In this document: piece after piece, positions 60,349-64,000 of the stretch | Layout: each line of letters opens with the position of its first letter | Numbering within the stretch: position 1 is the stretch's first letter | DNA from: an uncultured Staphylococcus sp. | GTDB lineage: Bacteria > Bacteroidota > Bacteroidia > Bacteroidales > Muribaculaceae | Direction of reading: 5' to 3' | Assembly: GCA_964552825.1 (NCBI GenBank) | Contig: CAZKIE010000004.1 | Span: 56,964 to 120,963, forward strand | Length of the DNA: 64,000 bases | Notes under the pieces: model-generated | Database searches by the model: none | What the model was told of the DNA's origin: nothing | What the model saw: the letters and a program-made list of their open reading frames with translations, nothing else | Translations under genes and position numbers: made by a program

Positions 60349-60834
60349 TTAGAGGAGGCGGTAGGTGAGGCCGAGGGTTAGGCCGGGGGCGAGGCCGCGA
60401 GGGGTGACGGTGGCTCCGGCTGTTATGCCGAGTCCGAACCGGGTGCGTCTCGTGGCGGTGGATGATGGTGTCCGGACCGTGATGCTGCGTGTCTCCTCTC
60501 TCGCAGCGGGGAAGATGGCGAGGGTGTCGAGGCTCGGATGATAGCCCGAGACTTCGGCATAGAATGTGGAGTCGCAGTAGATACGCCGTTCGACCGGAAG
60601 GAAGACGGTGTCCTTTTTCTCTATGACAAACGGAATGTATCGGTCAAGGACGGGGGTGATTCCTGCCGGCTGCGGGATGCTGACAATGATGGTGTCGCGG
60701 ACGTATCGGGTGGTCACGACGGTGTCAGCTGTCACAGCGGCGGGGCGGTGGCGATGGGAGGAATGGCTGTGGCAGAGATAACCGACGGTGAAAGAGGTGA
60801 TTATGGAGATTGCGGGTATGAGGATTTTTCGCAT
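60349..60834 (-). CDS. DUF6808-like membrane-anchored protein (phage lysis-cassette type)
   Basis: N-terminal TM, DT-rich stalk, YAEVSGYHPSLDTL, C-terminal RFGLGITAG...GLTLGLTY beta hairpin; family recalled, not searched. Confidence 0.68.
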   Translation of the reverse strand: MRKILIPAISIITSFTVGYLCHSHSSHRHRPAAVTADTVVTTRYVRDTIIVSIPQPAGITPVLDRYIPFVIEKKDTVFLPVERRIYCDSTFYAEVSGYHPSLDTLAIFPAAREETRSITVRTPSSTATRRTRFGLGITAGATVTPRGLAPGLTLGLTYRLL

Positions 60835-60852
60835 GGCGGTATCTTTTTTATG

Positions 60853-60897
60853 CAAAGATAGCTATGCGGAAAGCCGAAAAGGTGCGATAATGTCGCG
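60853..60897 (-). promoter_or_regulatory. Conserved promoter module copy B
   Basis: CGCGACATTATCGCACCTTTTCG-N14-TATCTTTG on the minus strand; 28 bp identical to copy A. Confidence 0.8.
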
Positions 60898-60912
60898 TAG
60901 TGAAGAAAAAAG

Positions 60913-61890
60913 TTATTTTCCTATTGTGTAAGCCAGCCTGAGATTCACGACCGGATAGACTTTGAGGGATTTGGCCACACCTACGTAGTCGCCTACCTTG
61001 CCGGCTATGTTGTTGACATCGTTGGAGAGATCCACGTTCTCGTGAGTGATGATCTTAGGTCTGCCACCCCAGAAGAGTACACCGCAGTCGATGCCGATGT
61101 TGGTGCGTCGGTCTTTGCCTATCGCGGTGGTGTAGCCGAGTCCGAGATATGGCTTGAAACTGTTGACCTTCATGTCGGCTTTCACGGTGCCGTCCGTGTC
61201 AGGCTCCATCATGTATGGTGTGCCGTCGGCAAATTCGCCTACGTGTATGCCTACGCGTCCCATGCTCTCCATCTTGTCTTTCAGGCGTTCGGCCATGTCG
61301 GGGTCGAGATATACATCCTCATAGATGGGAGTCTCGATAAAATCGGTGCTCATCACCCAGTCGTACATCTGGTTGAACATACCGATGGCGAGAAGCGAGG
61401 GCATCTCCTCCATGGCGTTGATGGCTGTTCCGATGCGCGAGGATCCCCAGTAGAAGCCGGCAGTGGCATACCAGTGCTTGTTTCTGAGAGGGAAGACGTC
61501 AACGAGGAATTTGAAATTGACCATGTTGGCCTTGCAGTTCATCCTGACTTTCTGATCCACCTCGAACCCAGATATCATCCTCATCATGTCCTGGAGTTCG
61601 GAGAAATCAGAGCCGCTCAGGGCGCCGTCGCGGTAGCTGTCGAGGTTGAACTTCAGGGGGACATTGAACCGCGGCATATAGTCGGCACCGACCCTCAGCC
61701 TCAGGAAAGAGAGCGGCATGGCCGATACTTCGAGGCCGATGCCGGTGGATCCGGCGGTGACACCGATGTCGAGCGTCTTATATATAAGGTGGTCCGATGG
61801 AGAGGAGGCTACATCTCCGGTCTCTTCGGCCCGGGCGGTCGAAATTGTCAAACAACAGGCTAAAAGAAAAGTGATAATGGTATGTCTCAT
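60913..61890 (-). CDS. Putative outer-membrane beta-barrel protein
   Basis: Signal peptide, GSTGIGLEV, KPYLGLGY, terminal YPVVNLRLAY strand. Confidence 0.7.
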   Translation of the reverse strand: MRHTIITFLLACCLTISTARAEETGDVASSPSDHLIYKTLDIGVTAGSTGIGLEVSAMPLSFLRLRVGADYMPRFNVPLKFNLDSYRDGALSGSDFSELQDMMRMISGFEVDQKVRMNCKANMVNFKFLVDVFPLRNKHWYATAGFYWGSSRIGTAINAMEEMPSLLAIGMFNQMYDWVMSTDFIETPIYEDVYLDPDMAERLKDKMESMGRVGIHVGEFADGTPYMMEPDTDGTVKADMKVNSFKPYLGLGYTTAIGKDRRTNIGIDCGVLFWGGRPKIITHENVDLSNDVNNIAGKVGDYVGVAKSLKVYPVVNLRLAYTIGK

Positions 61891-62102
61891 GCAAAAAAGT
61901 ACTCGAAAAAACGTTTTCGACGCAAAATTAATCAAAAATATAGTGCAAAATAATTTTTTTTAGTTAATTTTGCTCCGATTTTCATCAATTGAATTCAATT
62001 ATTTATTTAAAACAGCAAACCGCTTATAAAGTCATCACAAAACTCGCGTTGCAATTTCTAATTGATACAATTAACCTATAATAAAATAACTAATCGAAAG
62101 TA

Positions 62103-64000
62103 ATGAACAGAAAATTACTTAATGGATTTATGGCAGCCGCCATCCTCACGGGCGGAGCCATGTCTGTAACATCCTGTAAGGATACAGACGAGGATCTCTT
62201 CGTCCAGCTCAAGAGTGAGACCGTCACCCTTGAGAACAAGGTGAAGATTCTCGAGGATGCAAAAACCACACTTGAGGACAAGCTGAGTACTTGCAGCCAG
62301 AATTGCGCTAATGCTTGGACTACTTTCAAAGGTGCAGACTATAAGGATTGTACCACTTTTGAGTCCTATCTCAACGAGTATGCCAAAATATACGGTGAGC
62401 ACGCTACTCTCGCCTGGTATCTGGAGCAAATCGACGGTGCTCTCAAGAAGACAGATGAGGATGGTAATGTAATTGAGACTTACAACTCTCTTTCCGAGCG
62501 TTTCGGTGAGATCGACCTCGCGCTTGAGGGACTTACATCAATCGAGGGCATCCTTGACCCCACTGATGTCGCTGCAATCAAGAAGTATTTCGAGGAAGAA
62601 AACACAGACTTCCCCACAGTCATCAAGCAGGCCGTTCATGCAGACAGCCTCGCACAGAACAACCAGGCTATCCTTGAGGCTCTTCTCAAGGGCTATGAGG
62701 AGGCTGACGGATCATTTGATCTCACAAAGATCCAGGGCCTGATGAAGACCGCCAGCGACAATGCCGCTTCTGCAAAGGCAGCCGCTGACTCCGCAAAGAC
62801 CTTAGCCAACCAGCTCAAGCTCGGTTTTGATACCATCAAGGACAGAGTTTCCGCTCTTGAACTCCGCGTGGACACCCTCAAAAACGACCTTGACGCGCTC
62901 ACAGTCCGCGTGGCAGCCAACGAAAAGGCTATCAGCAAGCTCAACACACAGGTAAGCGCCATCACAGGTCGCCTCAACAAGCTCATCACAAGCATCGTGC
63001 TTCAGGAGGCTTACAACCCCGTGTTCGGCAAGCTCAACCTCCCCGTTGATGTGAAGTCCGGTATGCTCATGGCATATTTCGGCGAGGCATCAGGCGTTCC
63101 CTTCCCCGCCATCAACTCGTCAGCTTACGAGTATGACAGCAATACAAGCTGGATCTCGCAGGAAGAGGCTACCCGTGCCGGCATCAAGTCAGAGACATTC
63201 AACGGTATCCTCGGCGTTGAGGACGGCAAGCTCGAACTCGGCGACATCTATATGTCGGTCAACCCCGCATCCGTGGATCTCGACGGTGCAACCTTCCAGC
63301 TCGTCAACTCCAAGGGCGAGAACAACAACGTGATGCTCACTCCGGTTGCCAAGAGCGACGTGGAACTTATGTTCGGCTTCGGTCGTGCTGATTCCGACGT
63401 TCCCAACGGCCTCTACAAGACCACCGCATACGTAAATGTAAACTCTATCGAGGATCTCGCTCCCGTGAGATTCACCGTGGGTGATGAGTTCAAGAGCGAT
63501 GTAGAGACAATGCTGAAGAACCACACACTTTCTGACGTGGCTTCGCTCACCAAGCTCATCTACAACCAGTTCAACAACAAGCTCGCCGCCAAGGGAGTCC
63601 GCGCAGCCTACACCTACGACGAGGTTGACGAGGACGGCAACGTGACAAGCAAGACCGATGCCACCTACTCCGAGTTTGCTCTCGCTACGACAGCGTTCAA
63701 GCCCCTCAGCTATGAGCTGCTCTACGGCAAGGGATTCAACACCATCAGCACCATCAACCCCATCAGTGACTTCACTCTCAACCAGAGCCTCAACATCGAG
63801 ATGCCGAACTTTGATTTCAATCTCGACAACGTCACCTTCAACTTCTCGTTCGGCGAGATCAAAGTAGAACTTACCGATACAGAAATCGAGGTGACCGTGC
63901 CCAGAACAATTGTATATAACAATCTCGGTGAAGAGATGGGTTATATCAAGGAGACCACCGCAACGGCAAGCGACCTCTCCGGACTTGAGGAGGCTATCTC
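62103..64000 (+). CDS. Large coiled-coil surface lipoprotein, runs off window
   Basis: Manual translation MNRKLLNGFMAAAILTGGAMSVTSC-KDTDED, heptad-like segments (RVSALELRVDTLKNDLDALTVRVAANEKAISKL); reads open toward the window end. Confidence 0.8.
   Translation, partial: MNRKLLNGFMAAAILTGGAMSVTSCKDTDEDLFVQLKSETVTLENKVKILEDAKTTLEDKLSTCSQNCANAWTTFKGADYKDCTTFESYLNEYAKIYGEHATLAWYLEQIDGALKKTDEDGNVIETYNSLSERFGEIDLALEGLTSIEGILDPTDVAAIKKYFEEENTDFPTVIKQAVHADSLAQNNQAILEALLKGYEEADGSFDLTKIQGLMKTASDNAASAKAAADSAKTLANQLKLGFDTIKDRVSALELRVDTLKNDLDALTVRVAANEKAISKLNTQVSAITGRLNKLITSIVLQEAYNPVFGKLNLPVDVKSGMLMAYFGEASGVPFPAINSSAYEYDSNTSWISQEEATRAGIKSETFNGILGVEDGKLELGDIYMSVNPASVDLDGATFQLVNSKGENNNVMLTPVAKSDVELMFGFGRADSDVPNGLYKTTAYVNVNSIEDLAPVRFTVGDEFKSDVETMLKNHTLSDVASLTKLIYNQFNNKLAAKGVRAAYTYDEVDEDGNVTSKTDATYSEFALATTAFKPLSYELLYGKGFNTISTINPISDFTLNQSLNIEMPNFDFNLDNVTFNFSFGEIKVELTDTEIEVTVPRTIVYNNLGEEMGYIKETTATASDLSGLEEAI

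Noticed and set aside
12150-60897. Intact prophage
   Set aside because: No integrase, terminase, capsid or tail genes; the phage-like genes are isolated among housekeeping genes.

Overview
This is a Bacteroidales chromosomal window, most like Muribaculaceae, judged from TAnnTTTG promoters, short T9SS C-terminal tails and a SusC/SusD locus. Most of it is housekeeping or nutrient genes: mnmA, parC, uvrD/pcrA, nspC, radC, rfbA, purU, aqpZ, a split-transketolase sugar operon and a SusC/D/E/F-like locus. Three features stand out. (1) A 23-bp identical, palindrome-containing motif (CGCGACATTATCGCACCTTTTCG) occurs three times, always exactly 14 bp upstream of a TAnnTTTGCA promoter box. It precedes three unlinked solitary genes: a phage-type amidase, a phage lysis-cassette-like membrane protein and an unknown protein. 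This suggests a dispersed, co-regulated phage-derived regulon. (2) A ~12.5-kb locus of exported proteins (CHASE2, WD40/OmpA-like, TPR-caspase, DUF4384-like, transglutaminase-like, LRR-caspase) in which three proteins share an unnamed domain. (3) A stand-alone Y1/HUH transposase embedded in REP-like hairpins and tandem arrays. No rRNA, tRNA or CRISPR array was recognised. Family assignments come from motif recognition by eye, not database searches.
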